From Pseudomonadota bacterium (GTDB taxonomy: Archaea > Thermoplasmatota > SW-10-69-26 > JACQPN01 > JAJPHT01), in assembly GCA_021325135.1 (NCBI GenBank), contig JAJPHT010000029.1, positions 168,144 to 232,143 of the forward strand: 64,000 nucleotides of DNA, written 5' to 3'. Position numbers and translations under genes: made by a program. Below, piece after piece: positions 40,775 through 49,918 of this stretch. The notes beneath the pieces were generated by a model. It worked only from the letters and a program-made list of their open reading frames with translations. It was not told where the DNA came from and did no database searches. The first letter of the stretch is position 1; the number at the start of each line of letters is the position of its first letter.

Positions 40775-41841
40775 GATGGCTTCCTCCCAAGGACGGCGAC
40801 GGGATCTCTGGCCAGGGGGTGGGCCTGGAATCCGCGGGACCGGACCAGCTCCAGGAGCTCCTCCGGGCTGAATCCCTTCTGGAACGTCCGAGACGTGGTC
40901 AACCAACCGTCGGCGCACGCCTGCCACGCGGGGGTCCGGAGCCGGTCGATCTCTGTCGCCGAACGGACTGCGATGGCCAAGTGCCCGCCGGGGGGGAGGA
41001 AGGCGAAGATGTCGTCAAGCACGCGCGCCCGCTCGCGCGGATCGGCGAGGGTGTTGAGGACGAATGCGCAGTGGACCCAGGTGAACCTCCCGCCAGGGTA
41101 GGCCGAGGGGGGCGGGTGAGGCCGGTGGGCCGGGTCCCAGCCTTCGGCTTCGAGGCCGGAGGCTCGGAAGTGCTCGATGTCCTTGCCCTTTCCGCACCCC
41201 CAGTCGAACACGGGCCCGTCGATGAGGCCCTGGCCCACCACCAGCTGGGCCAGCGAGGAGGGGCCGCGGCGCGACATGGTGGTGCGGCCCGACAGGCGCA
41301 GGGTCGCGCGCGCGTCGGGGGCCTCGGGATCGCCCAGCGTCGCCTGGCGCGGCGTGGCGCGGGGGGCTGACCCTTGGAGAAGCCGATGGCCCTCGATGCG
41401 GACCCCGGCCTGCCGGAGGAATCCTTCCCACGCGAGCTTGCGGCCGATGACACGCAGCTTCTCCGGGGCGTAGAGGCCTGCGGCCTCCTCCTGACGCGTG
41501 AGGGCCGCGTACTCCGCGCGCCGAGGGTGGGCGTCGGCCACGAACGCCTCCTTCCGGTGAAGGATCGAGGGGTTCGAGCGCGACTCCTTCCGGGTGCGCG
41601 CCTGGCGGGCGTCGAGGTCCACCGTCACGTACTCCCTCAGCTCGGGGTGGGCCTCCTCCTCGAACCCGGGGTACCAGGAGAACGTGACGCGCCGGAGACC
41701 GCGGTCGACCTTGACGAGGTTCCAGGGGGCATCGGGCGGGACGAGGCGACGAGCCTCCTCAAGGGTCGCCAGGGCCTCGGAGGGCAAGGCCCGGAGGTTG
41801 TCGCGGTGGACGTACCAATTGCCGTGCACGATCTTAGGCAA
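40771..41841 (-). CDS. DNA phosphorothioation-associated-type putative SAM methyltransferase (short form)
   Basis: YP.F.EEAHP.L, NPSILHRKE, FDWGCGKGKD, GWDP.H.P, FVLNTL.DP.ER, TFQK; TTG start with GGAGG SD. Confidence 0.8.
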   Translation of the reverse strand: MPKIVHGNWYVHRDNLRALPSEALATLEEARRLVPPDAPWNLVKVDRGLRRVTFSWYPGFEEEAHPELREYVTVDLDARQARTRKESRSNPSILHRKEAFVADAHPRRAEYAALTRQEEAAGLYAPEKLRVIGRKLAWEGFLRQAGVRIEGHRLLQGSAPRATPRQATLGDPEAPDARATLRLSGRTTMSRRGPSSLAQLVVGQGLIDGPVFDWGCGKGKDIEHFRASGLEAEGWDPAHRPHPPPSAYPGGRFTWVHCAFVLNTLADPRERARVLDDIFAFLPPGGHLAIAVRSATEIDRLRTPAWQACADGWLTTSRTFQKGFSPEELLELVRSRGFQAHPLARDPVAVLGRKPS

Positions 41842-42520
41842 GCGCCTTCCTCCCTGAGCCCGGGATGCCCGGCGCCAGGCGGCGCACCGTCGCGACGAGG
41901 TCCCCCGTCTTCGGAGCCACGTTCCAGTCGTATTCGTCCCCGCGGCCCAGCGCGTGGGCGATGCGGCGCCTCATGAACTGGCTCTGGAAGCCCTCCGCGT
42001 CCACGACCAGCAAGCCCCGCTTGAGGCCATACGCGCGGACGTACAGATAGGGCTTCCCGGCGGCCAGCAGGCGCCGAGCCTCGGGGACGTACCCGCCCCG
42101 AGGGGCCCAGGTCAAGCCCTGGACAGCCTCCTGCGCGACGCGCGCAGGGAGGGGCACGAGGTGGAGATGCGCGTGATCCACGCACCCGCCTCCCCGGCAC
42201 GATTCCGTGGCCATGCCATGCTCGAACGCCAGGACGCAGCCTCCGTACGTGGCCCGAAGCGTGCGGACCAGGCCAGCGACGAATGGGCTGAACGCGGCCG
42301 CCTCGGCATGCTCCAGGTGCCCCACGGACAGGGCATGCCGGATCGGCGAGACCAGCAGGTGCCCTTCGACGAGGGGTCCGACGGAGGGGAACGCGACGAG
42401 GCCGGGAGCCGTCCGGACGACGCGCGAGGAGAGCCCGGGCGCGAGCTCGCGCAAGATGGAGGGCATGGTGGGCGCCAGGGGGTCGAGCTCGGCGCAGAGC
42501 TCGCAGGCCGTCTCGGTCAT
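41834..42520 (-). CDS. HIT-family nucleotide hydrolase
   Basis: CELC, GPLVEGHLLV.P..H, FEHG, GCVDHAHLHLVP (HxHxH); ATGA overlap with the upstream gene. Confidence 0.85.
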   Translation of the reverse strand: MTETACELCAELDPLAPTMPSILRELAPGLSSRVVRTAPGLVAFPSVGPLVEGHLLVSPIRHALSVGHLEHAEAAAFSPFVAGLVRTLRATYGGCVLAFEHGMATESCRGGGCVDHAHLHLVPLPARVAQEAVQGLTWAPRGGYVPEARRLLAAGKPYLYVRAYGLKRGLLVVDAEGFQSQFMRRRIAHALGRGDEYDWNVAPKTGDLVATVRRLAPGIPGSGRKALA

Positions 42521-43089
42521 GGGCGGCCCTCCGGGGAAGCCAGTTCGGTCGAGATCAGGGAGGGGGCGAGCCCTTCCGTCCCGTCGTACGTTCCCAGGAT
42601 GGGGTGCGATCCCCGGATCTCGGCCAGCGCCAGGTGGCAGATGGGCATCATGGGACGCAGCGTGAGGGGCGTGGGATTGCGGCTGCTGACCTCCAGCGTG
42701 AGGGGCGTGGGCCGCGTGCTTCCGAACCCCGCCTGGACAAACGTGGACCCGAGGTGGACGTCGAGGCCCAGGCGCGCCAGGTGGGAGAGATTGGAGAGGA
42801 CGCCCGCCAGGTCTGCGGGCAGGCGGAGCCGCTCGTGGGTGCGCAGGAGCAGGAAGTCCCCCGGCCTGACCTCCAGGCGGGAGAACTCGAACTCGGGGCC
42901 GGCGTTCCTCTCGGCCTCGCGCGGGTCCGTCAGGTCCAGCGGATCCTCGGACTCCAGGAGGCGCCGGCCGCGGTTCCCCAGGTGGAGCACGAGGGACGTG
43001 CTGCGGACGGGGTGGACGGGCCACGGGTCCACGACGAGGCGTCCGGAGAGGGCGAGGCGGAGCATGCCGCGAGGGCCGATGAGACTCAA
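42517..43089 (-). CDS. dCTP deaminase-like protein (divergent)
   Basis: G.L.VDP, SLVLHLG, PGDFLL.RT.E.L.LP, S.LARLGL.VH, GF, LTLEV, ICHL, Y.G; probable TTG start at 43089. Confidence 0.82.
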   Translation of the reverse strand: MSLIGPRGMLRLALSGRLVVDPWPVHPVRSTSLVLHLGNRGRRLLESEDPLDLTDPREAERNAGPEFEFSRLEVRPGDFLLLRTHERLRLPADLAGVLSNLSHLARLGLDVHLGSTFVQAGFGSTRPTPLTLEVSSRNPTPLTLRPMMPICHLALAEIRGSHPILGTYDGTEGLAPSLISTELASPEGRP

Positions 43090-43148
43090 GGTTGTCCCCG
43101 TCGCCTCGGCGCCTGACCAAGGCTTAAGTCTGTTACACGGCATGTGGG

Positions 43149-43184
43149 AAGTGCGTCAAGTCTGTCAAGTCAGGCAAGTCCAGG
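43149..43184. promoter_or_regulatory. Four 9-bp direct repeats in the divergent promoter region
   Basis: AAGTGCGTC AAGTCTGTC AAGTCAGGC AAGTCCAGG, plus AAGTCTGTT at 43126 overlapping the CTTAAG box. Confidence 0.65.
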
Positions 43185-43194
43185 AGGCTTCCCA

Positions 43195-44004
43195 ATGAAG
43201 GAGACCGTGAACATCGTGCCCGTGGGCTGGGAGGTGGACAGGGTGATCGAGGCCGCCAAGATGCGGAAGGCAGACCGCGTCATCCTGCTGCGGCGCGACA
43301 CGGGAACCGAGAGCGCGCGCTTCTTCCAGAAGATCGCCAAAGGCCTGGAAGCCAGCCGGATCGAGTGGGAGGACGAGGTCGTGGGGCTCGACAACGAGTT
43401 CCAGGACACGCTGCGGGCGGTGGCACACTGCGTCCGCCGGGAGCACCACAAGAAGCACCGCGTGGAGGTGAACATCAGCGCGGGGGGCAAGACCGCGGCC
43501 GTCGCCGCGAGCCTCGCCGCCATGTACCACCAGGGGCGGTGCACGCTCTTCCAGGCGATCCCGGAGAGCTACACGGCCTCGAAGCTGGAGCAGGGGGCCG
43601 AGGCGGCCGCGAAGCTCTACGAGAACCACGGCCTCACCATCGGGGTCAAGGACGTGCCCGATCTGACGCACTACCATCTCACGGCGCTTCCCCTGGAGCA
43701 GGAGATCGTGCTGGCCGCCTGCACGACCAAGCAGCAGACCCTGGACGATCTGCTCAATCTCCTTCGCAAGCACGGGTCCACTTCGTTCCGTCTCAAGCTG
43801 GGGAAGGACAGGGACGCGGCCGTGAAGGTCCTGGAGCGCTGGGTCCTTCAGGACCTCGAGGAGAAGAAGTACGTCGAGCGCGACCAGCACCTCGGGAGCA
43901 AGGGGAACAGGAAGAGCTTCCTCGTGACGGACGTGGGACTGGATGCCGCGCTCATCACGGGCCTCCTCAACAAGGAGAGGACGCCTCAATTCGACCTGGC
44001 CTGA
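43195..44004 (+). CDS. DUF6293/HFX_2341-like regulator (CARF-like N-terminus plus C-terminal wHTH)
   Basis: VNIVPVGWEVDRV, ADRVILL, VEVNISAGGK, PESY; C-terminal helix-wing ending LVTDVG; GGAGG SD. Confidence 0.78.
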   Translation: MKETVNIVPVGWEVDRVIEAAKMRKADRVILLRRDTGTESARFFQKIAKGLEASRIEWEDEVVGLDNEFQDTLRAVAHCVRREHHKKHRVEVNISAGGKTAAVAASLAAMYHQGRCTLFQAIPESYTASKLEQGAEAAAKLYENHGLTIGVKDVPDLTHYHLTALPLEQEIVLAACTTKQQTLDDLLNLLRKHGSTSFRLKLGKDRDAAVKVLERWVLQDLEEKKYVERDQHLGSKGNRKSFLVTDVGLDAALITGLLNKERTPQFDLA

Positions 44005-44135
44005 CGTGCCAGGGGCCCCGCCAAAGCATATAAATCGTGCCGAGGATCGGCTCGGGGCTTGCCCGCGACCGAGAAAGGACAACCTTCAAGTCCGCGCCGC
44101 TGGCATGGGCTCGGCGTGGGAGTCGTAGCTCCCCC

Positions 44136-44960
44136 GTGGTTTCGGAGGGCTTCGCACTGAAGGAACTCCCCGTCGACGAGTTCACCACGGACAAGGCGTT
44201 CTTCGCGGCGCTGAAGCTCCACGTCTACGGCACCGTCCACGACTCCTTCCTGGCGACGCTGGTGAAGGGCCGCAGCCTCGTGCTCGACCAGGCCTTGAAG
44301 CTGGAGGTGGGGCGCTTCACGAGCCGCAAGGCGAACCACCTCTTCGTCTCCGAGAACGGCAGCCGCGGCGGGTGCAGCGCGGAGTTCTACGGCTTCACGT
44401 CCCACAAGGTGCGCGAGAAGCTGGCGCAACTGCACGACCTGGGCGTCGTCGAGCTTCTGGGCAAGGGGCTGCGCGATGCGTACACGTACCGCTGGAAGGT
44501 GCCGGTGAAGCACTGGGAGGTGTGCAGCTTCATGCGCTTCCGCAGGCTCACGGCGGAGGACCTCTCGCTGAACCTGGAGCTCTTCCGCGTCTTCCACGCC
44601 CGCGGCACGGCGCCCTTCACGGCGCGCGAGTTCGTGGAGCTCTACGGGCGCGCGCACGGCGCGGAGTACACCAGCACGCGCTGGGGCGCGCGCAAGTGGG
44701 AGAAGATCGCGTCCTCCTTCGCCTACGGCGAGTTCGTCAAGGACCGCCTCGACCTCCTGGTGAAGCACGGCCTCGTCGCGCAGCAGGGGGACTCCTACCA
44801 GCTTCCCGCGCCTGTGCTGGACGCGGTGAACCACTTCGACCTCTTCCTCAACGGCGTGCCCTACCGCGCCTCGCGCGCCATGTGCGACGCCTGCCCCCTG
44901 GACGCGCTCTGCCAGACCGGCAGCACGCAGCGGCTCATCGTGTCGCTCAACCAGGCGTGA
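44136..44960 (+). CDS. Hypothetical protein with two wHTH-like regions and a C-terminal CxxCPxxxxC motif
   Basis: VREKLAQLHDLGVVE and VKDRLDLLVKHGLV...SYQL; CDACPLDALC; CATATAAA box near 44027. Confidence 0.7.
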   Translation: MVSEGFALKELPVDEFTTDKAFFAALKLHVYGTVHDSFLATLVKGRSLVLDQALKLEVGRFTSRKANHLFVSENGSRGGCSAEFYGFTSHKVREKLAQLHDLGVVELLGKGLRDAYTYRWKVPVKHWEVCSFMRFRRLTAEDLSLNLELFRVFHARGTAPFTAREFVELYGRAHGAEYTSTRWGARKWEKIASSFAYGEFVKDRLDLLVKHGLVAQQGDSYQLPAPVLDAVNHFDLFLNGVPYRASRAMCDACPLDALCQTGSTQRLIVSLNQA

Positions 44961-45097
44961 GCCGCTTCGACACGTCCGGCCCATCTCTCGGGGGCCCGCC
45001 AAGGGTCCGCGCGCTGGGCCAGGCCTGCTGAAGAACGCTTATATGGGCCCCTCTCCAGTCACGGCCGCTCCCCGCCCCCGGGGGCTGAGGCTCTCCC

Positions 45098-48000
45098 ATG
45101 CGCATCTCCCAGCGCAGTGCCCGCGTCGTGGCCGTGGCCCTCGTCCTCGTGTCGCTGGCGCCCAGCGTGCAGGTGGCGTCCGCGGGCTACACCGTGACCT
45201 TCCCGCGCCCCGGCACCAACGACACCGTCGAGCGCTACAACGACACCGTGTTCGTGGGCCTCGCCCCCGTCAACGCGGTGGCCTTCGCGGAGAACGGCGA
45301 CGTGTGGTACGCGGCCTTCGGCGGCGTCGTCCACGAGCGGCTGGGCACCGGCACGCGCCAGCTCTTCACCCGCGACGACGGCCTCCCGGAGAGCGTCGCC
45401 CTGGACCTCAGCGTCGCCCACGGCAAGGTCTACGTGGGGACGGACCTGGGGCTCGCCATCATCGACGAGGCCTCGGGCGCGGTGACGGCGAAGACGCCGG
45501 ACAACAGCCCGCTCCCCGACCCCTACGCGGGCGCGGTGGCCACGCTGGGCGACCAGGTGTGGGTCGGCACGGGCGCGCACGGCATCGCCGTGTGGAACAC
45601 CACCACCGACCAGTGGTTCGTGAAGAACACCAGCACGTCGCTCTACCGCCCCGAGCCGGTCATGCACTTCAACGTCGAGCCGCGCTACCTGTGGGCCGCG
45701 ACGGACGGCGACGGCGGCTGGCGCTTCGACCGCGCCAACGGCGTCCTGGACGACCGCAACGCGTGGATGAACGTCACGACGCTCAACAGCCGCATCTTCA
45801 ACGACCACGTCCTCTCCGTGCAGGACCTGGGCGGCGACACGTACTTCGCGACGCGCTTCGGCATCGCGCGCTGGCGCCCCTCGGCGAACGGCACCACGGA
45901 GGAATGGTCGAAGCTCAACGCGACCAACGGCCTGCCCAACAACCAGGTGGACATGCTCCACGTCGTGCCCAACGCCGACGGCATCCCCTTCCTCGTGGCG
46001 GACACGAGGGACGGCGTGTGGCGCTACGAGCCCCAGAGCGGCTCCAACTCCACCCTCGCGCAGCCCGAGGGGCTCTTCGGCTCCTACGTGGCCAACGACG
46101 CCTGGAGCCCCGACTGGGGCTGGGCGTTCGCGACCTCGCGGGGCGTCTCGCTGCTGCGCGGCGACGCCTGGACCTACTTCACCACGGGCCCCGGCACGGG
46201 CGCCTCCAACGGCCCCGACAGCTATCGTTTCACCTCTGGCGGCACGGGCGACTCGGGGAGCTTCCTCTGGTTCGGGCGCCCCGACGGCCTCACCGCCTAC
46301 AAGCTGCCCAAGCCGGGCTCTCCCGGGCGCTTCTGGAACTTCGGCGCGTTCGACCGCGTGCCCGGCGGGCCCGTCACCTGGATCTCCACCGACGGGACGA
46401 TCACCTGGTTCGCCACCATGAACGGCGCCTACGGCTACGACCAGACGCGCAACGCGTGGATCGGGACGCCGTGGACCACGGGCATCTCCTACGGCGTCGA
46501 CGCGCAGGGCGGCGAATTGTGGATCGCGGCCTTCGGCGACGGCGTCTACAAGGTCAACGAGACGACGCATGCCTTCGTCGCGTGGAACCACACGACGGCG
46601 CCCACCTTCCCCGACCTCTACACGACCGACGTGCGCCTGACGCCCAGCGAGGTCTGGCTGGGCGCGTCCACGGGCCTCATCCGGCTCAACCGCGTGACCG
46701 GCACCGTGCTGCACTCCTACGGCAAGGCCGACGGGCTGCCCGGCGACGGGTTCGTCTACCGCACGCTCCCCGACGGCGCGTCCGTCTACGCGGGCCTGCG
46801 CTCGGGCGGCGTCGCGCGTCTCGACGTGGCCAGCGGCAAGGTCACCAAGGTCTGGAACGCGACCACGACGCCCGGCTTCCCCGACAGCGAGGTGGACGCG
46901 ATGCTGCGCGACGGGCGCTACCTGTGGGTCGGCACGCACCAGGGGCTCGCGCGCATCGACGTGCTCACCTCCGAGGTGAAGCTCTTCGACGCGACCAACG
47001 GCCTCGTGCAGGAGTTCGTGAGCGGCATCTCCGAGGCCGACGGCATCCTCTACCTCTCCACGTACAGCGGCATCGCGCGCCTGGACCTCGCCACCATGAC
47101 GTTCCTCCCCATGCAGGACGGCGCGGGCGTCGTGCGCGTGGGCGCGGGCGCCACCGGCACGGCCTCCGGCGGCGGCCCCTCCGCGGGCGGGCTCTCGGCG
47201 CGCTTCGACGCGCCCCGCGACGGCAGCGCCGTGACGGGCCTCGTGCAGCTTCGCGGCACGGCCGTCGACTTCGGCGGCAGCGTCGACCGCGTCGAGGTGC
47301 GCATCGGAGAAAACGGCCCGTGGCAGCCCGCGCGCGGCACCGGATCGTGGACCTACTCGTGGGACACGACCCAGGGCCCGCTGGACTCGCCCATCCCCGT
47401 CTACGCGCGCGCCGTCTCCGGCAACGACACCAGCGCCCCCGCCGAGATCCTCCTCACCCCCGTCGCGCCGCCCACGATCCCGCTCACGGCGAAGCCGACC
47501 ATGCCCGACGCGTGGACCGCCGGGCGCGACCTGCCCGTCACCGTGTACGCCACCGGGGACGAGCCCCTGGGCGCCACGCTCTACTACAAGCCCGAAGGCG
47601 CGGACACCTACACGCCCCTCGCCCTTGCGCGCTCCGGCTCGTACTTCTCGGGCACGATCCCGGGCCGCGACGTGCTCGTGGGCAACCTCACGTGGTACGC
47701 CGAGGCGAGGAGCGGCCTCCTCACCGCCACGAGCCCCGACGACCCCACGCAGCCCGCGCTGCTGCCCATCGGTCCCGCGCCGCGCCTGGGCGTCGCGCTC
47801 TCCGCGCCCGCGAGCCTGCGCGCCAACGCCGGCGCCTCGACGCCCCTCGCGCTCACGCTGAGCAACGTCGGCACCGACGCCGTCACCGTGCGCCTCGCCG
47901 CCACGGGGCTGCGCTCCTCGTGGGCCCGCGTCCCCGCCGACGCCATCACCCTCGCGGGGGGCGAGACGCGCCAGGTGAACGCCACGCTGGAGGTCCCCGC

Positions 48001-48217
48001 CGCCGCGTTCGCCGACAACACGACCCTCGTGCTGGAGGCGCGCGACGTCAACGGCGTCGCGACGCCCGCCAGCGCCACGCTCCCCGTGCAGATCGTCCCC
48101 TCCGACGTGAAGCCCGCAGGCTCCGGCTCCGACGCGAAGCCCACGCCGGGCCCCGCGCTCCCCCTGGCGCTGGCCGCGGTCGCGGTGGCCCTCCTCGCGC
48201 GGAGGCGACGCCCATGA
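45098..48217 (+). CDS. Secreted beta-propeller (regulator-propeller-like repeats) surface protein with a PGP-type C-terminal sorting signal
   Basis: Signal peptide; repeated DGLP/NGLP and WVGT..GL motifs; tail PTPGP-hydrophobic-RRRP. Confidence 0.85.
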   Translation: MRISQRSARVVAVALVLVSLAPSVQVASAGYTVTFPRPGTNDTVERYNDTVFVGLAPVNAVAFAENGDVWYAAFGGVVHERLGTGTRQLFTRDDGLPESVALDLSVAHGKVYVGTDLGLAIIDEASGAVTAKTPDNSPLPDPYAGAVATLGDQVWVGTGAHGIAVWNTTTDQWFVKNTSTSLYRPEPVMHFNVEPRYLWAATDGDGGWRFDRANGVLDDRNAWMNVTTLNSRIFNDHVLSVQDLGGDTYFATRFGIARWRPSANGTTEEWSKLNATNGLPNNQVDMLHVVPNADGIPFLVADTRDGVWRYEPQSGSNSTLAQPEGLFGSYVANDAWSPDWGWAFATSRGVSLLRGDAWTYFTTGPGTGASNGPDSYRFTSGGTGDSGSFLWFGRPDGLTAYKLPKPGSPGRFWNFGAFDRVPGGPVTWISTDGTITWFATMNGAYGYDQTRNAWIGTPWTTGISYGVDAQGGELWIAAFGDGVYKVNETTHAFVAWNHTTAPTFPDLYTTDVRLTPSEVWLGASTGLIRLNRVTGTVLHSYGKADGLPGDGFVYRTLPDGASVYAGLRSGGVARLDVASGKVTKVWNATTTPGFPDSEVDAMLRDGRYLWVGTHQGLARIDVLTSEVKLFDATNGLVQEFVSGISEADGILYLSTYSGIARLDLATMTFLPMQDGAGVVRVGAGATGTASGGGPSAGGLSARFDAPRDGSAVTGLVQLRGTAVDFGGSVDRVEVRIGENGPWQPARGTGSWTYSWDTTQGPLDSPIPVYARAVSGNDTSAPAEILLTPVAPPTIPLTAKPTMPDAWTAGRDLPVTVYATGDEPLGATLYYKPEGADTYTPLALARSGSYFSGTIPGRDVLVGNLTWYAEARSGLLTATSPDDPTQPALLPIGPAPRLGVALSAPASLRANAGASTPLALTLSNVGTDAVTVRLAATGLRSSWARVPADAITLAGGETRQVNATLEVPAAAFADNTTLVLEARDVNGVATPASATLPVQIVPSDVKPAGSGSDAKPTPGPALPLALAAVAVALLARRRRP

Positions 48218-49413
48218 GGGCCCTCCTCGCCGTCGCCCTCGTGGCGCTGCTCCTGGCACCCGCCGCCGCGGCCCGCGCGCCGCTCCCCTACCCCGACCCC
48301 ATCGCGGCCCTCGCGCCCAAGGTCGTCGAGAAGGTGGCGCCCCTGGAGGCCAACGCCAGCCAGGCGCCCTGGTGGCCCGACGCGAAGCCCTGGCTGGAGC
48401 GCGCCCGCGCCGACGCCGCGGCCGGCCGCTTCCATGCGACGCTCTACGACGCCGAGACGTTCCAGGAGATCGTCTCCGCGCATACGCTCCAAGACAGCGT
48501 CAACGCCACCGCCGCCACCGCGGCGGACCGGCGCAACCTCGCCATCCAGGCCGCGACCGCGTGGCGCGCGGACGAGAACGCGACGTGGCTCGCCTTCCGC
48601 GCGCGCCTCCACCAGGCGGACGGCGCCATCCGCAGCCTGGGTGCCTTGGAGACCGCGCTCTTCGCCGCGGACCTCGCCGTGGAGGGCAAGGCCGTCGACG
48701 CGGACTTCCCCGGCTACGTCTCGCAGCTCTCCCGCGAGCCCGACCTCCCCTTCGACTACCTCCTGGTGCTCGCGCGCTCCACGAAGACGCCGCAGCTTGA
48801 CATCGAGATGGCGGGCGACGCGCTGGAGGCGGCCTTCGCGCAGGACGGCGTCCCGCCGCAGTTCCTGGCGGACCGCTGGGCCAACGACACGCGCGTCGCC
48901 CTCTCCGCCCCCAAGGGCGCGCCCGCCACCATGCAGCGCTTCGAGGACCTGGCCGCCCCCGCGCGCGAGGGCGGCGAAGGCATCCTCGGCGTGGCCATCA
49001 CACTGGCCGAGCAGCGCCAGAGCCGCCTCGTGGGCATGCAGACCATCTTCGGCGACGCCGCCACCCGCGGCAAGTCCGTCGTGGCCGACGCCGACCGCGG
49101 CTTCCTGCGCCAGCTCAACAACACCACGCTGGAGGCCTCGCGCGCGCACGGCCTCGCGGGCGTCTTCGTCGCCGACGCCTACGACCGTGCCGCCTACGCG
49201 CAGGACGTCGTCGACAACGGCACCGCCTCCCTGGGCGTCGTGCTCAACGCCTGGAGCGGCCTCGACCATGCGGGCTACGCCTACACGGTCCTCGCCGACG
49301 CGAGCCCCGTGCAGCCCCCCGCGCCCGCCAAGAAGTCGCCCGGCCCCGAGGCGGCGCTGCTCCTGGGCGGCGTCGCGCTCGTGGCGCTCGCCCTGGCCCG
49401 GCGCCGTCCGTGA
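48214..49413 (+). CDS. Secreted protein with a PGP-type C-terminal sorting signal
   Basis: Signal peptide; tail KSPGP-hydrophobic-RRRP; ATGA overlap. Confidence 0.82.
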   Translation: MRALLAVALVALLLAPAAAARAPLPYPDPIAALAPKVVEKVAPLEANASQAPWWPDAKPWLERARADAAAGRFHATLYDAETFQEIVSAHTLQDSVNATAATAADRRNLAIQAATAWRADENATWLAFRARLHQADGAIRSLGALETALFAADLAVEGKAVDADFPGYVSQLSREPDLPFDYLLVLARSTKTPQLDIEMAGDALEAAFAQDGVPPQFLADRWANDTRVALSAPKGAPATMQRFEDLAAPAREGGEGILGVAITLAEQRQSRLVGMQTIFGDAATRGKSVVADADRGFLRQLNNTTLEASRAHGLAGVFVADAYDRAAYAQDVVDNGTASLGVVLNAWSGLDHAGYAYTVLADASPVQPPAPAKKSPGPEAALLLGGVALVALALARRRP

Positions 49414-49429
49414 TGCGTCCCTTGCTGGC

Positions 49430-49532
49430 GGGTCCAAAGAACGCGACGAGCGCAAAGAGCGCCAAGGTCGCAAAGGTTCCTTTCGTCGTCGCGTCCTTCG
49501 CGCTCATGGCGCTCTTTGCGTTCTTTGGACCC
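49430..49532. repeat. 9-bp periodic inverted repeat between convergent genes
   Basis: GGGTCCAAAGAACGC / GCGTTCTTTGGACCC arms; CGCAAAGAG-like units. Confidence 0.8.
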
Positions 49533-49545
49533 TTGACCAGGAAGC

Positions 49546-49848
49546 CTAGCCAAGCTCGCGCAGCCGGGCGCGCCCCAGCGCCACAAGCGTTTCGCGCAGC
49601 ACGTCGGGCTCGCCGCCGGCCTGGGCGTAGTACGCGAAGCGCCGCGCCAGGGGCTCGTCCCCCACCACGTCGCGCAGCCACGGGACGAAGTGCTCGCGGT
49701 GGTAGCCGACGACAGTGGGCGTCGCGCGGGAGAGGGCCTCCACGAGGCCCGCGAGGCTGGAGGCCGTCTGGCCGTCGGAGAAGCGGAACGCCTCGGCGTC
49801 GGGCGCGTCGTCGCGCACGTGGCGGGGCGGGGGCTCGGGGATGCGCAT
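49546..49848 (-). CDS. DUF5752-like small protein
   Basis: AFRFSDG..ASSL..L..AL...YH..HF..WLRDV.GD..LA. Confidence 0.65.
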   Translation of the reverse strand: MRIPEPPPRHVRDDAPDAEAFRFSDGQTASSLAGLVEALSRATPTVVGYHREHFVPWLRDVVGDEPLARRFAYYAQAGGEPDVLRETLVALGRARLRELG

Positions 49849-49918
49849 GGGCGCGGAACCGGCGAGGCGCGGATAAGCGCGTCGCCACCTTTTAGGGGGA
49901 GGGGGCGTTGCGGTCGCG

